Of a stretch of 64,000 bases of DNA, positions 1 through 10,335 are shown piece after piece. The translations under genes and the position numbers were made by a program. Positions within the stretch are counted from its first letter, which is position 1. Every line of letters starts with the position of its first letter. The notes beneath the pieces were generated by a model. That model made no database searches and was not told the DNA's origin. It saw nothing but the letters and a program-made list of their open reading frames with translations. Source of the DNA: Thermodesulfobacteriota bacterium (GTDB lineage: Bacteria; Desulfobacterota_D; UBA1144; Nemesobacterales; Nemesobacteraceae); the NCBI GenBank assembly GCA_965202785.1, contig OZ241855.1:640001-704000 (forward strand), given 5' to 3'.

Positions 1-1028
1 CTAACCGCCAGATATTCAAGTATCCTCTCCTTGGGTTTTTCAAGGCCGTAGTGATCCTCATCGAGAATCGATGCGGCTTCCTTGATGTCAAGGCGGTCCT
101 CGGTCTTCTCGTTTATCCACGGCAGATCCAGAAGCCAGTCGATATAGTTTCTCACCACAGTCGCCTCGGCCGACATGGAAGACATCATGCGAAGCTTGTT
201 TATCTCCCTCTTTACCCTCTGCTCAACGTCTTCGGGAACCTCTTTCTCCTTCAGCTTCTCCTCAAACTCGTCTATTTCGCTTTTAAGGTCATCCCCCGTG
301 CCGAGCTCTTTCTGAATGGCCTTCATCTGCTCGTTAAGATAATACTCCCTCTGGGCCTTCTCCATCTGCTTTTTGACCCTCTTCCCTATGCGCTTTTCCA
401 TCTGGAGTATCTCGAGTTCGGACTGCATCTTCTCGCAAAGCTTCTCCAGCCTCTCGAGCGGATGGATCACCTCGAGAATTTCCTGCTTGTCCGAAAGCTT
501 CATGTTAAGATGCGAAGCGACCGTGTCGCCGAGCTTGCCCGGTTCGTCAATGGACATGAAAGTCACGAGGGTTTCCGAGGGGATCTTCGTGTTCAGTTTC
601 ACGTAATCCTCGAAAAGCTTGGTCGCCGAACGCATGAGCGCTTCAACCTCGACGCTTTCCCCCGAAGGTTCCTCTATCTCCCTTACTTCCACTACAAACA
701 TGTCCTTGTGGGAAACAAAGCCCGATATCGAGGCCCTCTTTTTGCCCTCGACAAGCACCTTCACGGTGCCGTCCGGAAGCCGGAGCATCTGAACTATCGT
801 TCCGATGGTCCCGATTCTGTACATATCCTCGTTCCCGGGTTCGTTCACCTTCGCGTCTTTCTGAGCCGAAAGGAATATTTCCTTGCTGCCCTTAGCCGCC
901 TCCTCAAGGGCCTTGATGGATTTTTCCCTGCCCACGAAAAGAGGGGCCAGCATGTAGGGATATATAACTACATCGCGAAGTGGAAGGAGTGGAAGGACTT
1001 TCTCGCTAACGTTTACGGAATCTGACAT
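1..1028 (-). CDS. lon: ATP-dependent Lon protease, N-terminal part (runs off the window start)
   Basis: Hand translation of the minus strand from ATG at 1028 (RBS GAGGAGG): [44 protein letters not shown]...[22 protein letters not shown], matching Lon N-domain signatures. Absent from the ORF track because no stop lies in the window. Confidence 0.95.
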   Translation of the reverse strand, partial: MSDSVNVSEKVLPLLPLRDVVIYPYMLAPLFVGREKSIKALEEAAKGSKEIFLSAQKDAKVNEPGNEDMYRIGTIGTIVQMLRLPDGTVKVLVEGKKRASISGFVSHKDMFVVEVREIEEPSGESVEVEALMRSATKLFEDYVKLNTKIPSETLVTFMSIDEPGKLGDTVASHLNMKLSDKQEILEVIHPLERLEKLCEKMQSELEILQMEKRIGKRVKKQMEKAQREYYLNEQMKAIQKELGTGDDLKSEIDEFEEKLKEKEVPEDVEQRVKREINKLRMMSSMSAEATVVRNYIDWLLDLPWINEKTEDRLDIKEAASILDEDHYGLEKPKERILEYLAV

Positions 1029-1142
1029 TTGCTCCTCCTCAATACACAAGCTTATTTAGAGTATATAATACAGGTCCGGATATTTACAACCCTGTTATTA
1101 TACAGCATGCAGAGCGCCAGTCATAATCGGGGCGGCTCTTAT

Positions 1143-1157
1143 TGGAAATAATTACCA
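1143..1157 (+). promoter_or_regulatory. Fur/PerR-like 7-1-7 box upstream of ferritin
   Basis: TGGAAATAATTACCA matches TGATAATnATTATCA at 11 of 14 positions, about 70 bp upstream of an iron-storage gene. Confidence 0.45.
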
Positions 1158-1226
1158 TTTAGTAGTAATTTTTAACAAACAGGTTATTATTAACGATGCA
1201 GAACAAGAAACCAAGGAGGAATTAAA

Positions 1227-1721
1227 ATGATTGACAGCGACGTACAGGACGCAATAAACACGCAGATAAGAAACGAGTACTATTCATCCTACCTATATCT
1301 TTCCATGTCCGCCTATTGTGAATCCAAAAACTTTTCCGGTTTCGCAAGCTGGCTTCGCAAGCAGAGCGAAGAGGAGCTTGGGCATGCGTTGAAGTTTTTC
1401 GATTACCTGATCGACAGGGGAGGCAGGGTAACCCTTGACTCGATAGAGCAGCCTCCTTCTGAGTTCGGAGCGTTCCTCGAGATGTTCGAGGAGGTCTTGG
1501 AGCATGAAAGGGAGGTTACAGGGATGATAAACAACATTTATGATCTCGCCGCTTCGAAAAACGATCAGGCGACTTTAGTAATGCTCCACTGGTTCATAGA
1601 AGAACAGGTCGAGGAGGAGAAAAGCGCCGAGGCGGTCGTCGAGCAGCTGAAGCTCGCAGAGGACAGCCCCGCAGCGCTTCTGATTCTCGACAGGGAACTC
1701 GCCGCAAGAGAGGGCGAATAA
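1227..1721 (+). CDS. ftnA: Non-heme ferritin
   Basis: 164 aa; NEYYSSYLYLSMS, EEELGHA, EHEREVT and WFIEEQVEEE ferroxidase-centre motifs; RBS GGAGG. Confidence 0.95.
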   Translation: MIDSDVQDAINTQIRNEYYSSYLYLSMSAYCESKNFSGFASWLRKQSEEELGHALKFFDYLIDRGGRVTLDSIEQPPSEFGAFLEMFEEVLEHEREVTGMINNIYDLAASKNDQATLVMLHWFIEEQVEEEKSAEAVVEQLKLAEDSPAALLILDRELAAREGE

Positions 1722-1818
1722 GCAAAAACTCTGGCGATCTTTACTTTCAAGCTCTGGTATGTATTTTAGTCTGTTTGTAGATTAAGACGTTCCCCGCAGC
1801 GGGGAAGGAAGCGGACTA

Positions 1819-3123
1819 TTGGGAATAAAATACAACCGGCCTGAAGTAAACAGGCAGATTACAAAACAGCTTATAAACGACTACGGAGCGATCGTCTCCA
1901 CTCTCGCCGAGGTTTTCGGCTACGAGAGCCTTGAGCACGTGCAGAGAGTCTGCGCCAACTCTTTTGAGAAAATGCGGGCCAGGTGGGGAAAAGGCGGAAT
2001 TCCCCAGGATCCCCAGAGTGCGGTGTGGGCTGACATAACGGAGAGCTCAAACAAGCTTTTCTGCAGGAAGATAAACTATCTCTCCAGAGCAAACGGAGCG
2101 AAGAGAAGGATCGACGTATCGGGATTTCACCTTCCCTTTCCAGATAAAGAGGAAGTGGCGAAAAACCAGGTCGAGATGCTTTTCGCGCTGTGCGGGCCCG
2201 GGATTGAAAGTTCCATCCGGAAATATCTTGTGCTGAACGTGCTCTGCGGCTTTTCCTGCTCCTCCCTCGCCAGGATACTGGAGAGAAACGAGAAGGCCCT
2301 GGAAGAGCAGCTCGCTTCGGAAAAAAAGAAGATAACTGAAGCGGCCGTCCGGCTGACCCGGACCGATATGGAGGAAAATCTCGGTGTGGTGACCAAGAAC
2401 ATATACGAGATTTTCAGCCTCGGCCAAAACGGTCTCCGCAAGGCAGCATCCCCAATCGCATCCTTGTGCCTTTCCGCAATAAGACTTGGCGAAATGCTGC
2501 TTGATTTCCCCGCAACGAAAAAACCCAGAGTTCACGCCCTTGTATCCTTCATGCTGCTAAACGCCTCGAGGCTTCACACCATGAACGACGGCAACGGAAG
2601 ACCGCTTGGGATAAAGGAACAGAACAGGGAGCTTTGGGACAGGAACATGATCAAAAGGGGATTTGAGCACCTTGCCCTCTCGGCCGAGGAAGGGGAAGAG
2701 GTCACGGAGATTCACCTGAAGGCAGGCGTTGATGCCGTTCACTCGCTAGCAGAAAAATACGGGGACACGAACTGGGACCGGATCATCTCACTTTACGACA
2801 AGTACCTTGCGTGCAACTACTGTCCGCTCGTAGAACTTCAAAAAGCAATCGCCATTTCCAAAACCCGGGGGCCGCAGGAAGGTCTTCGCGCCATAGGGGG
2901 AATACGCGGGGTTGAGGATCTCCACTCGCACGATCTTCTGTATTCGACCCTTGGAAATCTTAATTTCCAGCTTCACAAGTACGAAGACGCGATATCGAAT
3001 TTCAACCGCGCGATCGGCCTTGCCGAGGACTCTTTCGAAAAGGCATTTTATTCCAAAAAGATAAAGATCTGCGAAGACAGGATGAACATGTCGAAGCGCT
3101 ACAGGTACGGAGTTTCCTTCTGA
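1819..3123 (+). CDS. Divergent ECF42-like sigma factor with DUF6596/TPR C-terminal extension
   Basis: GIPQDP..W, LVLNVLCGFSCSSLARIL (region 4-like), AIRLGEML, EQNRELWDR and DTNWDRIISLYD, plus a TPR-like end, match ECF42 architecture. Region 2 is poorly conserved. Confidence 0.7.
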   Translation: MGIKYNRPEVNRQITKQLINDYGAIVSTLAEVFGYESLEHVQRVCANSFEKMRARWGKGGIPQDPQSAVWADITESSNKLFCRKINYLSRANGAKRRIDVSGFHLPFPDKEEVAKNQVEMLFALCGPGIESSIRKYLVLNVLCGFSCSSLARILERNEKALEEQLASEKKKITEAAVRLTRTDMEENLGVVTKNIYEIFSLGQNGLRKAASPIASLCLSAIRLGEMLLDFPATKKPRVHALVSFMLLNASRLHTMNDGNGRPLGIKEQNRELWDRNMIKRGFEHLALSAEEGEEVTEIHLKAGVDAVHSLAEKYGDTNWDRIISLYDKYLACNYCPLVELQKAIAISKTRGPQEGLRAIGGIRGVEDLHSHDLLYSTLGNLNFQLHKYEDAISNFNRAIGLAEDSFEKAFYSKKIKICEDRMNMSKRYRYGVSF

Positions 3124-3143
3124 ACACTCCCCGGCCGCTTAAT

Positions 3144-4870
3144 ATGTCTGCGGACTCAATCATTAAACACGCCGTCGTATTCTGTGTTGTTTTATCCGTT
3201 GCACTCACTTCCGCCCGCGCGGAGCCCGTTCATTCAAGTAAAAGTACGGCGGAATCCGCATCTTTTCGAAACGGCATGGTTGTATCCGAGGAGCAGATCG
3301 CTACCCTCGTCGGGCTCTCCGTGCTCAAGCAAGGCGGAAACGCCGTTGACGCAGCGGTCGCCGTCGGATTCGCGCTTGCCGTTACTCACCCAAGAGCCGG
3401 AAACCTCGGGGGCGGCGGATTCATGCTGGTCCATCTGAGTAAAACGGGACGGACAGTCGCCATAGATTACAGGGAGAAGCCCCGCTCAAAGCCACGCGCA
3501 ACATGTTTCTCGATGAGAGCGGAGAGGTCGACATGGAACGGGCACGGTACAGCGTCTATTCCTGCGGGGTTCCGGGAACGGTCGCAGGGCTCTCGCTGGC
3601 CCTTGAGAGATACGGAACCATGCCGCTTGAAAAGGTTCTTGCGCCGGCAATAAGGCTCGCGGAGGATGGGTTTGCGGTTACTCCGGAACTCAGGAAATCG
3701 CTTATGAAAGCAAAAGGCCGCTTGGAGAAATCAAGCGAGAGCATTGAGGTTTTTTTCAAAAACAACGGAGAGCCGCCCCGGGAGGGAGAAATTCTCAGGC
3801 AGAAAAATCTTGCGTGGAGCCTCAAGGAGATAAGCAAAAACGGTCCCGGGGCGTTTTACAGGGGGGCGATAGCGAAAAAAATCACAGCCTACATGAAAAA
3901 GGAAGGAGGCCTCATAACCGGACGGGATCTTGCATCTTACGAGGCCCTTGTAAGAGAACCAGTGACCGGGAGCTACAGGGGATACAGCATCCACTCGATG
4001 CCGCCCCCGAGCTCGGGCGGGATCCATCTTATCCAGATGCTTAACATTCTCGAGCGCTATCCCCTCTCGCGATACGGCCATAATTCCGCCCGATACGTCC
4101 ACATTCTCTCGGAAACCATGAAGCTTGCCTACGCGGACAGGTCAAAACACCTGGGCGACCCGGACTTCTCCCCTGTTCCCACAGAACATCTCATCTCAAA
4201 ACAGTACGCAAAACGCCTGGCAAACCGCATCAATCCCCAGAAAGCGACTCCGAGCAGATACGTAAAGCCCGGTTCACCCGTCCCCGTCGGAGGTACCGAC
4301 ACCACCCATTATACCGTAGCCGACAGGTTCGGAAACGTGGTTTCAAACACATACACGCTCAATTTCGCCTACGGCTCGGGTCTCGCGGTGCCGGGAACAG
4401 GAATCCTGCTGAACAACGAAATGGATGATTTCTCGGCAAAACCCGGAGCGCCAAACGCATATGGCCTAATCGGCGGCGAAAAAAACTCCATCGCTCCCGG
4501 CAAAAGAATGCTGAGCTCCATGACCCCGACCATAGTGTTTAACGACGAGAAGCTTTTTCTCGCAACGGGAAGCCAGGGAGGAAGCAGAATAATAACCTCC
4601 GTGCTTCAGGTCATCCTGAACGTGATTGACCATAACATGAGCATACGGGAGGCCACATCGGCCCCGAGAATACACCACCAGTGGCTCCCCGACACCCTGT
4701 ACGTTGAAAGAGAAGCGGAGAAAGACCTGGAGTCCGGGTTGAGGGAAAAAGGATACGAGGTGAAAAGAACCGGGCCGATGGGAAGCACGCAGAGCATAGC
4801 CAAGATCAACGGGTTTTTTCTCGGAGCAGCCGATCCCAGGCGCCCGGGAGGGCTGGCGCAAGGGTACTGA
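3144..4870 (+). pseudogene. ggt: Gamma-glutamyltransferase split by a 1-nt frameshift near 3479 (pseudogene or sequencing error)
   Basis: ORF 3144-3653 carries a signal peptide, GGNAVDAAVA, GNLGGGGFM and IDYREK. ORF 3503-4870 carries GVPGTVAG, PPPSSGG, the TTH nucleophile, LNNEMDDF and SSMTP. Adding one G in GAGAAG^CCCCG restores REKAPLKATRNMF. Confidence 0.9.
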
Positions 4871-4986
4871 CCCACATGCTCCGCCCGGAAAAGCAAATCG
4901 CCGCAAACCCATCTTTCGCCATCACATAACGGACCCTAAGTATGGTAAGATTAACTTTGAAAGCAGAATTCATTGGAGGGATATTA

Positions 4987-6837
4987 ATGTTCCGACATAT
5001 GCACTTTATGATTGCTGTCACGATCCTGTTAGGATTTGTCAGCGGCGCCCGGGCGCAAACTTTCAATTCCGTCGTCGTATTCGGTGACAGCTTGAGCGAT
5101 TCTGGAAATATCGCCCAGCTCAACGGACTTCCGCCCGGCACGAGCTTCACCACGAACCCAGACCCGGTCTGGGCCGAAATCGTGGCCCAAGCTTTCGGGG
5201 CATCTGGAACCAATTCGCTCGCCGGCGGGACGAACTACGCCTGGGGCGGCGCCTGCGTAGACCCAAACGTCGCTTGTGAAAACCCTGTGGCTACAACGCA
5301 GCAACAGATTAGCCAGCACCTCTCCGGAGGAAATGCCGACCCGGATACGCTTTACATGATCTGGGGCGGCGTAAACGATATAAGCGCCGTCGCCGGGGAA
5401 ACCCAAGGCGCCCTTGACGGCACCCTGAAAGCAGCGGAAGCGTACGTAGATCAAATACGAGGTCTCCAGGACGCCGGCGCACGTTACGTAGTTGTACTCA
5501 ACTCGCCCGACGCCGGCAAAACCATAAACGCTCAGCGCGCCGGCCCTGCAGCCGCAGCTGGACTCTCCGCTCTAACCCAAGCCTATAATGAAGCTCTGGA
5601 TACGGGTCTCGGCTCTCTGGAGCGCGGAATCATTCCCGTGAATGTCTCCGTCCTGCTGGACGAGATAATTGAAAATCCTGGAAACTACGGATTCACCAAC
5701 ATTGATGATATAGCTTGTACTCCTGGTTCCAATCCCCTGCGCCCCGGTGGGGGAATAGAGTCACTTGTGTGCGGCCCGACCGATTCAGGTTATCTTTCAC
5801 CTCCCAAAACTGATGAGACTTATCTTTTCGCGGACGGTTCCCATCCCAGCGGACCGGTCCATGCGGCAGTCGCAAGTATGGTAGTTTCCACTCTCGAGGC
5901 CCCGGTTCAGGTATCGCTCGGAGGGGAAGCAGGAGTAGAAGTTGCCAGGGCGCACCACGATGCCGTGTTTACGGAGCGGATGCTTGATCTCGGGTCTAGC
6001 CGCTCGGCCGGAAAATGGCACAGCTACGCGAGGGGCCAGATAGGCTCATATGAACTCGAATCCCTGCCACATCTGGGTAAAACACAGTCTGAAATGCATG
6101 TGCTCACCCTGGGCACCGACTACCGCATCGGAGATGTGCTCCATCTGGGCGCGGCATTGAGCCTCGGGAACCACGACAACGATGTCTCGGGCGCAAGCAT
6201 CGACAGCCTCGTTGTGACCGGCTCGCTGCACGGCACCCTTATTTACGACATTTTTTACCTGAGCGGCGCCTTTAACGGGGGCAGGGCATCTATTGATATC
6301 AACCGTTCGATCCGGATCGGATCGGCGCTACGCACGGAGCACGGCTCCACAAGCTCTTATCAGTTCGGAACCGATGTTGAAGGGGGCTGGATTATAGGCA
6401 GGTCCGAGGGGTACATACACAATCTGTTTTTGGGACTCGGGTGGCTCAATCAGAAAATCGACGGCTACAGTGAAAACGGCGGCACGTCCACCTCGATGAA
6501 CTTTTCGGATTTTGAACGCGACTCCCTGGTTGTGAGAGGGGGTTATCAGCTCAAAGGAAATCTGGGTCTAAGCGGAAGGTTGTCCCCATACATCCGCGTC
6601 TCTTATGAGAGAGAGCTTAACGACGATCCCGTTTCGGTCACTGCGGGATCGAACACCATGTCCGGCCGCTTTACTCTCTCGGGCTTCGAGCCGCCGACCG
6701 AATGGGTAAACGCCGGCGGCGGCCTTATCGCCGGCATCGGCAGCCGGATAAAAACTTTCATAGGCTACTCGGGGCGCTTCGGCAATAACTCCAACCTCAA
6801 CCACGAGTTCAGTCTCGGAGCACGCGTAACATTCTAG
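4987..6837 (+). CDS. Autotransporter GDSL esterase/lipase (EstA-like)
   Basis: Signal peptide, FGDSLSDSGN, NYAWGGA, GGVND and FADGSHP catalytic blocks, then a C-terminal beta-barrel ending in F. ATG at 4987 follows GGAGG. Confidence 0.9.
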   Translation: MFRHMHFMIAVTILLGFVSGARAQTFNSVVVFGDSLSDSGNIAQLNGLPPGTSFTTNPDPVWAEIVAQAFGASGTNSLAGGTNYAWGGACVDPNVACENPVATTQQQISQHLSGGNADPDTLYMIWGGVNDISAVAGETQGALDGTLKAAEAYVDQIRGLQDAGARYVVVLNSPDAGKTINAQRAGPAAAAGLSALTQAYNEALDTGLGSLERGIIPVNVSVLLDEIIENPGNYGFTNIDDIACTPGSNPLRPGGGIESLVCGPTDSGYLSPPKTDETYLFADGSHPSGPVHAAVASMVVSTLEAPVQVSLGGEAGVEVARAHHDAVFTERMLDLGSSRSAGKWHSYARGQIGSYELESLPHLGKTQSEMHVLTLGTDYRIGDVLHLGAALSLGNHDNDVSGASIDSLVVTGSLHGTLIYDIFYLSGAFNGGRASIDINRSIRIGSALRTEHGSTSSYQFGTDVEGGWIIGRSEGYIHNLFLGLGWLNQKIDGYSENGGTSTSMNFSDFERDSLVVRGGYQLKGNLGLSGRLSPYIRVSYERELNDDPVSVTAGSNTMSGRFTLSGFEPPTEWVNAGGGLIAGIGSRIKTFIGYSGRFGNNSNLNHEFSLGARVTF

Positions 6838-6894
6838 AAGAAGGGGAACTCAACCGGCAAGCAGGCGACAATTTGAAACGCAACCCGCAGGCTG

Positions 6895-7848
6895 TTATTG
6901 AGCCGAGATATAAAGCATCCTGTCTATCGATTTTTTAGCCTTGCGGGCGATATCCTCCGGAACCCTGACCTCATACACCTCTTCCCTTAGTGAATTCAGC
7001 ACCTTCTCAACCGTTATCATCTTCATGTACTCGCAGACCGCGTCGGCCTTGGCGGGGTAGAACTCTTTTTCAGGGCTTTGCTTCCTGAGCGTGTGAAGGA
7101 TCCCGGTTTCAGTCGCTACCACGAACTCGGGGGTGTCGGAATTGCGCGTGTAGTCAATCATTTTTCCCGTAGAGAAAAATTTTATCTCCTTTGCCAGCTC
7201 GTCGTCTCTGGCGGCTGAATGAAGAAAAGACGTGGTGCAGCCGCACTCGGGGTGAACTATCATCTCCGCGTTGGGATAGGACTCCTTTATCTTCCTTATG
7301 TCCTTCGGACGTATTCCCGCGTGCACGTGGCATTCCCCCGGCCAGATGTAAATCTTTCTGCCCGTAGCCTTGGAGACAAATGCTCCCAAGAACATGTCCG
7401 GCAGAAAAAGTATCTCCCTGTCCCTGGGGATGGACTCCACTATCTTGACGGCATTTGAGGAAGTAACGCAGTAGTCGGTCTCAGACTTGACGGCGGCCGA
7501 GGTGTTCACGTAGGAAACCACGAGTGCGTCCGGGTGTTCGGATTTCCACTTTTTGAGCTGTTCCAGGTTTATGGTCTCGGCAAGGGAGCAGCCCGCCTCG
7601 GGATCGGGGATAAGCACCTTCTTGTCGGGAGAGATTATGGAAGCGGTTTCGGCCATGAAGTGGACTCCGCAGAAGATGATGATTTCCGCGTCGGTTTCAG
7701 AAGCCTTCTGTGAAAGACCCAAGGAATCTCCCGTGTAGTCGGCAAGATCCTGGATTTCGGGTATCTGGTAGTTATGGGCCAGAATTACCGCGTTTTTTTC
7801 CTTTCTAAGCCTGTCTATTTCTTCTGAAATGTCACGTAAACTGTCCAT
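6895..7848 (-). CDS. nadA: Quinolinate synthase
   Basis: ILAHNYQ, GDSLGLS, FCGVHFMAETA, YVNTSA and HPEC; three 4Fe-4S cysteines (GCSLA, ECHVH, VCEYM). Confidence 0.97.
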   Translation of the reverse strand: MDSLRDISEEIDRLRKEKNAVILAHNYQIPEIQDLADYTGDSLGLSQKASETDAEIIIFCGVHFMAETASIISPDKKVLIPDPEAGCSLAETINLEQLKKWKSEHPDALVVSYVNTSAAVKSETDYCVTSSNAVKIVESIPRDREILFLPDMFLGAFVSKATGRKIYIWPGECHVHAGIRPKDIRKIKESYPNAEMIVHPECGCTTSFLHSAARDDELAKEIKFFSTGKMIDYTRNSDTPEFVVATETGILHTLRKQSPEKEFYPAKADAVCEYMKMITVEKVLNSLREEVYEVRVPEDIARKAKKSIDRMLYISAQ

Positions 7849-7885
7849 CTCAACAGCCGGGCATCCCCTGTTAAACCCGCAACTT

Positions 7886-8737
7886 TCAGTCTAACACATC
7901 AAAAGAAATATCTAAACACGGAGCCGAGTGCGTAAGAGCTCCGACAGATATGAAATCGACTCCGCTTTGCGCCATCTCCCTAACGTTCTCAAGGGTAACT
8001 CCGCCGGAGACCTCGACAAGCGCGCGGCGGTCTATCAGGCGCACGGCCTCCCCGATCTCCCGAATGTCCATGTTGTCAAGCATTATGACGTCAACACCGC
8101 AGGAAACCGCCTCCTCTACCTGCCCCATGGTTTTGGTCTCGACCTCCATGGAGAAATCCTCTCCCGCGTTCCGCCTCGCCTTTTCTACTGCCGCCGCTAT
8201 GCTCCCAGCGGCCTTTATATGATTGTCTTTTATGAGTACTCCGTCGTAAAGCCCGGCGCGGTGATTATGTCCCCCGCCGACCGCCACGGCGTATTTGCTG
8301 ATCCACCTGAGTCCCGGAAGGGTTTTTCTCGTGTCCTTTATCTTCACTCCGGAACCGGCTACGGCCTCGACGAAAAAAGAAGTGAAAGTCGAGATGCCGC
8401 TCATTTTCTGAAGGATGTTAAGGGCGGTCCGCTCCGCCGAAAGAATCGCCCTGCTTCTGCCCGTAACGCGGGCGAGAGTGTCTCCGGGCGAAACCCTGGT
8501 TCCGTCACGGACAATCTCTTCCCACACGCAGTCCGGGTCAAGCTTCCGGAAAACGGCGCCGGAGAGATCTATTCCCGAAACCACACCGGCCCCCTTCGCA
8601 CGCATTTCTCCGGTTAAAACAGCATCTTCGGGAACTATGCTATCGGTCGTAATGTCTCCACTTCCCATATCCTCCCGGAGGGCAAGTTCCAAAACGGCGT
8701 CAACTTCCTGAGGATAATTTTCGTGCGTATTCATCAA
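7886..8737 (-). CDS. nadC: Nicotinate-nucleotide pyrophosphorylase (carboxylating)
   Basis: EDMGSGDITT, AERTALN, DTRKTLPGLR, LIKDNHI, IMLDNM and SGGVTL motifs. Confidence 0.97.
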   Translation of the reverse strand: MMNTHENYPQEVDAVLELALREDMGSGDITTDSIVPEDAVLTGEMRAKGAGVVSGIDLSGAVFRKLDPDCVWEEIVRDGTRVSPGDTLARVTGRSRAILSAERTALNILQKMSGISTFTSFFVEAVAGSGVKIKDTRKTLPGLRWISKYAVAVGGGHNHRAGLYDGVLIKDNHIKAAGSIAAAVEKARRNAGEDFSMEVETKTMGQVEEAVSCGVDVIMLDNMDIREIGEAVRLIDRRALVEVSGGVTLENVREMAQSGVDFISVGALTHSAPCLDISFDVLD

Positions 8738-10314
8738 TCGGCTCCGTAAATCTCCAGGTCCTTCCTGAAAACCAGATGTTTTTCATAATCCGAGTCCTCC
8801 TCCGGATAATCAGATCTCATATGGGCCCCCCGCGACTCCTTTCTCAAAAGAGCTGCGCGCGCAACGAGCAGGCACACATCGAGCATTGTCCCAAGCTTAA
8901 AGCCAAACCATCCGGAAACACCTTCGCTTGCCGAGGAAATCTCCTCAAGGCGCGTGACGAATTCCTCCATGTCCTCAAGTTCTCTCACTATCCCGAGATG
9001 TTTACTCATTCCCTCGATTATCGTATCCCTGGCTTCGTTGAAAAACCCGGCATCGGCTTCCCTGGTATCGGCAAGCATAAAACCTTCGAAACCCCCGGTA
9101 ATGCCCCCCGTACGCTGCACACTAGACGCGCTGTCAACAGACCTTTTGGCAAACACCATGCACTCGAGAAGGGAATTGCTCGCAAGGCGGTTGGCACCGT
9201 GGACGCCGGTGTTCGATACCTCTCCGCAGGCGTAAAGACCCTCTATATTTGTCTTTCCCATGAGGCTGGTTCTTACTCCGCCTATGGTGTAATGGGCGGC
9301 GGGAGCAACAGGAATGCGGTCTTTGGCAAGATCAAAACCCGAATCCCTGCAGAGTCTGTCTATGTTGGAGAACCTTTTCCTTACAAATCCGGGATCCATG
9401 TGGGAGAGATCGAGGTACACGTAGTCTTCTCCGCAGGATCTCATCTCGCTGTGAATCGCCTTTGAGACTATGTCTCTCGGCGCGAGTTCAAGCAGGGAAC
9501 TGTAGCGTTCCATGAACCTTGTCCCCCGGGCGTTAAGGAGATAAGCTCCCTCCCCCCTTATCGCCTCGGTGAGAAGAAAGGCATCGCCTTTTTCGCCGCT
9601 GAAAACGGTGGGGTGGAACTGCACGAACTCCATGTCGGAAATCTCCGCTCCCGCTCTCCATGCAAGCGATATGCCTTCCCCTGATGCCCCTTCCGGGTTG
9701 GTGGTCCTTCTGTAAAGGGCGCTCGCGCCGCCGGTGGCGACTATGGTGCAGGGAGAAGAAATTCTCACGTAGCTCTCCCTTCCCTCGTCGTAACCCCAGA
9801 CACCGTAGCATCTCTCTCCGTCTGAGATTATGTCGGTAACGGTGACAAGCTCCAGAATGGTTACCGATTCGCTTGAACTCACAAAAGAGATGAGAAATTC
9901 GATCATCTCCTTTCCCGTCGAGTCGCCTCCCGCGTGAAGGACTCTTCTTTTCGAGTGGCCGCCTTCAAGGCCGAGCAGAAGACCGCTGTCATCGGAATCG
10001 AACTTCATGCCGAGATTTATGAGGTCCGTGACCCTCTCCCTTCCCTCTTCAACCAGAATCTGCACCGCGCGGGCATCGCAAAGTCCTCTTCCCGCGGCAA
10101 TCGTGTCCTCTTGGTGAAAGACGGGCGAGTCCTCGGGGTCGACGGCAGCCGCGATTCCTCCCTGAGCCCAGTATGAATTGCTTTGCACGAGGGTCTGCTT
10201 GGTCACCACCACGCACCGGCCAAGGGAAGACGCGCACACCGCGGCGTAGAGACCCGCAAGCCCCCCGCCCACAACAAGAAAGTCGCACTCGACATCAATA
10301 ATTTCTGCGCTCAT
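8734..10314 (-). CDS. nadB: L-aspartate oxidase
   Basis: GGGLAGL FAD motif, WAQGGIAA, EGGHS.RR, QFHPT, LAPRDIV, HYTIGG and GVHGANRLASNSLLE; in an operon with nadC and nadA. Confidence 0.96.
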   Translation of the reverse strand: MSAEIIDVECDFLVVGGGLAGLYAAVCASSLGRCVVVTKQTLVQSNSYWAQGGIAAAVDPEDSPVFHQEDTIAAGRGLCDARAVQILVEEGRERVTDLINLGMKFDSDDSGLLLGLEGGHSKRRVLHAGGDSTGKEMIEFLISFVSSSESVTILELVTVTDIISDGERCYGVWGYDEGRESYVRISSPCTIVATGGASALYRRTTNPEGASGEGISLAWRAGAEISDMEFVQFHPTVFSGEKGDAFLLTEAIRGEGAYLLNARGTRFMERYSSLLELAPRDIVSKAIHSEMRSCGEDYVYLDLSHMDPGFVRKRFSNIDRLCRDSGFDLAKDRIPVAPAAHYTIGGVRTSLMGKTNIEGLYACGEVSNTGVHGANRLASNSLLECMVFAKRSVDSASSVQRTGGITGGFEGFMLADTREADAGFFNEARDTIIEGMSKHLGIVRELEDMEEFVTRLEEISSASEGVSGWFGFKLGTMLDVCLLVARAALLRKESRGAHMRSDYPEEDSDYEKHLVFRKDLEIYGAD

Positions 10315-10335
10315 TAAAACCGCCCGGCTTTTTTC

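Noticed and set aside
51-1025. 324-aa plus-strand ORF
   Set aside because: Antisense shadow of lon, which is clearly encoded on the minus strand.
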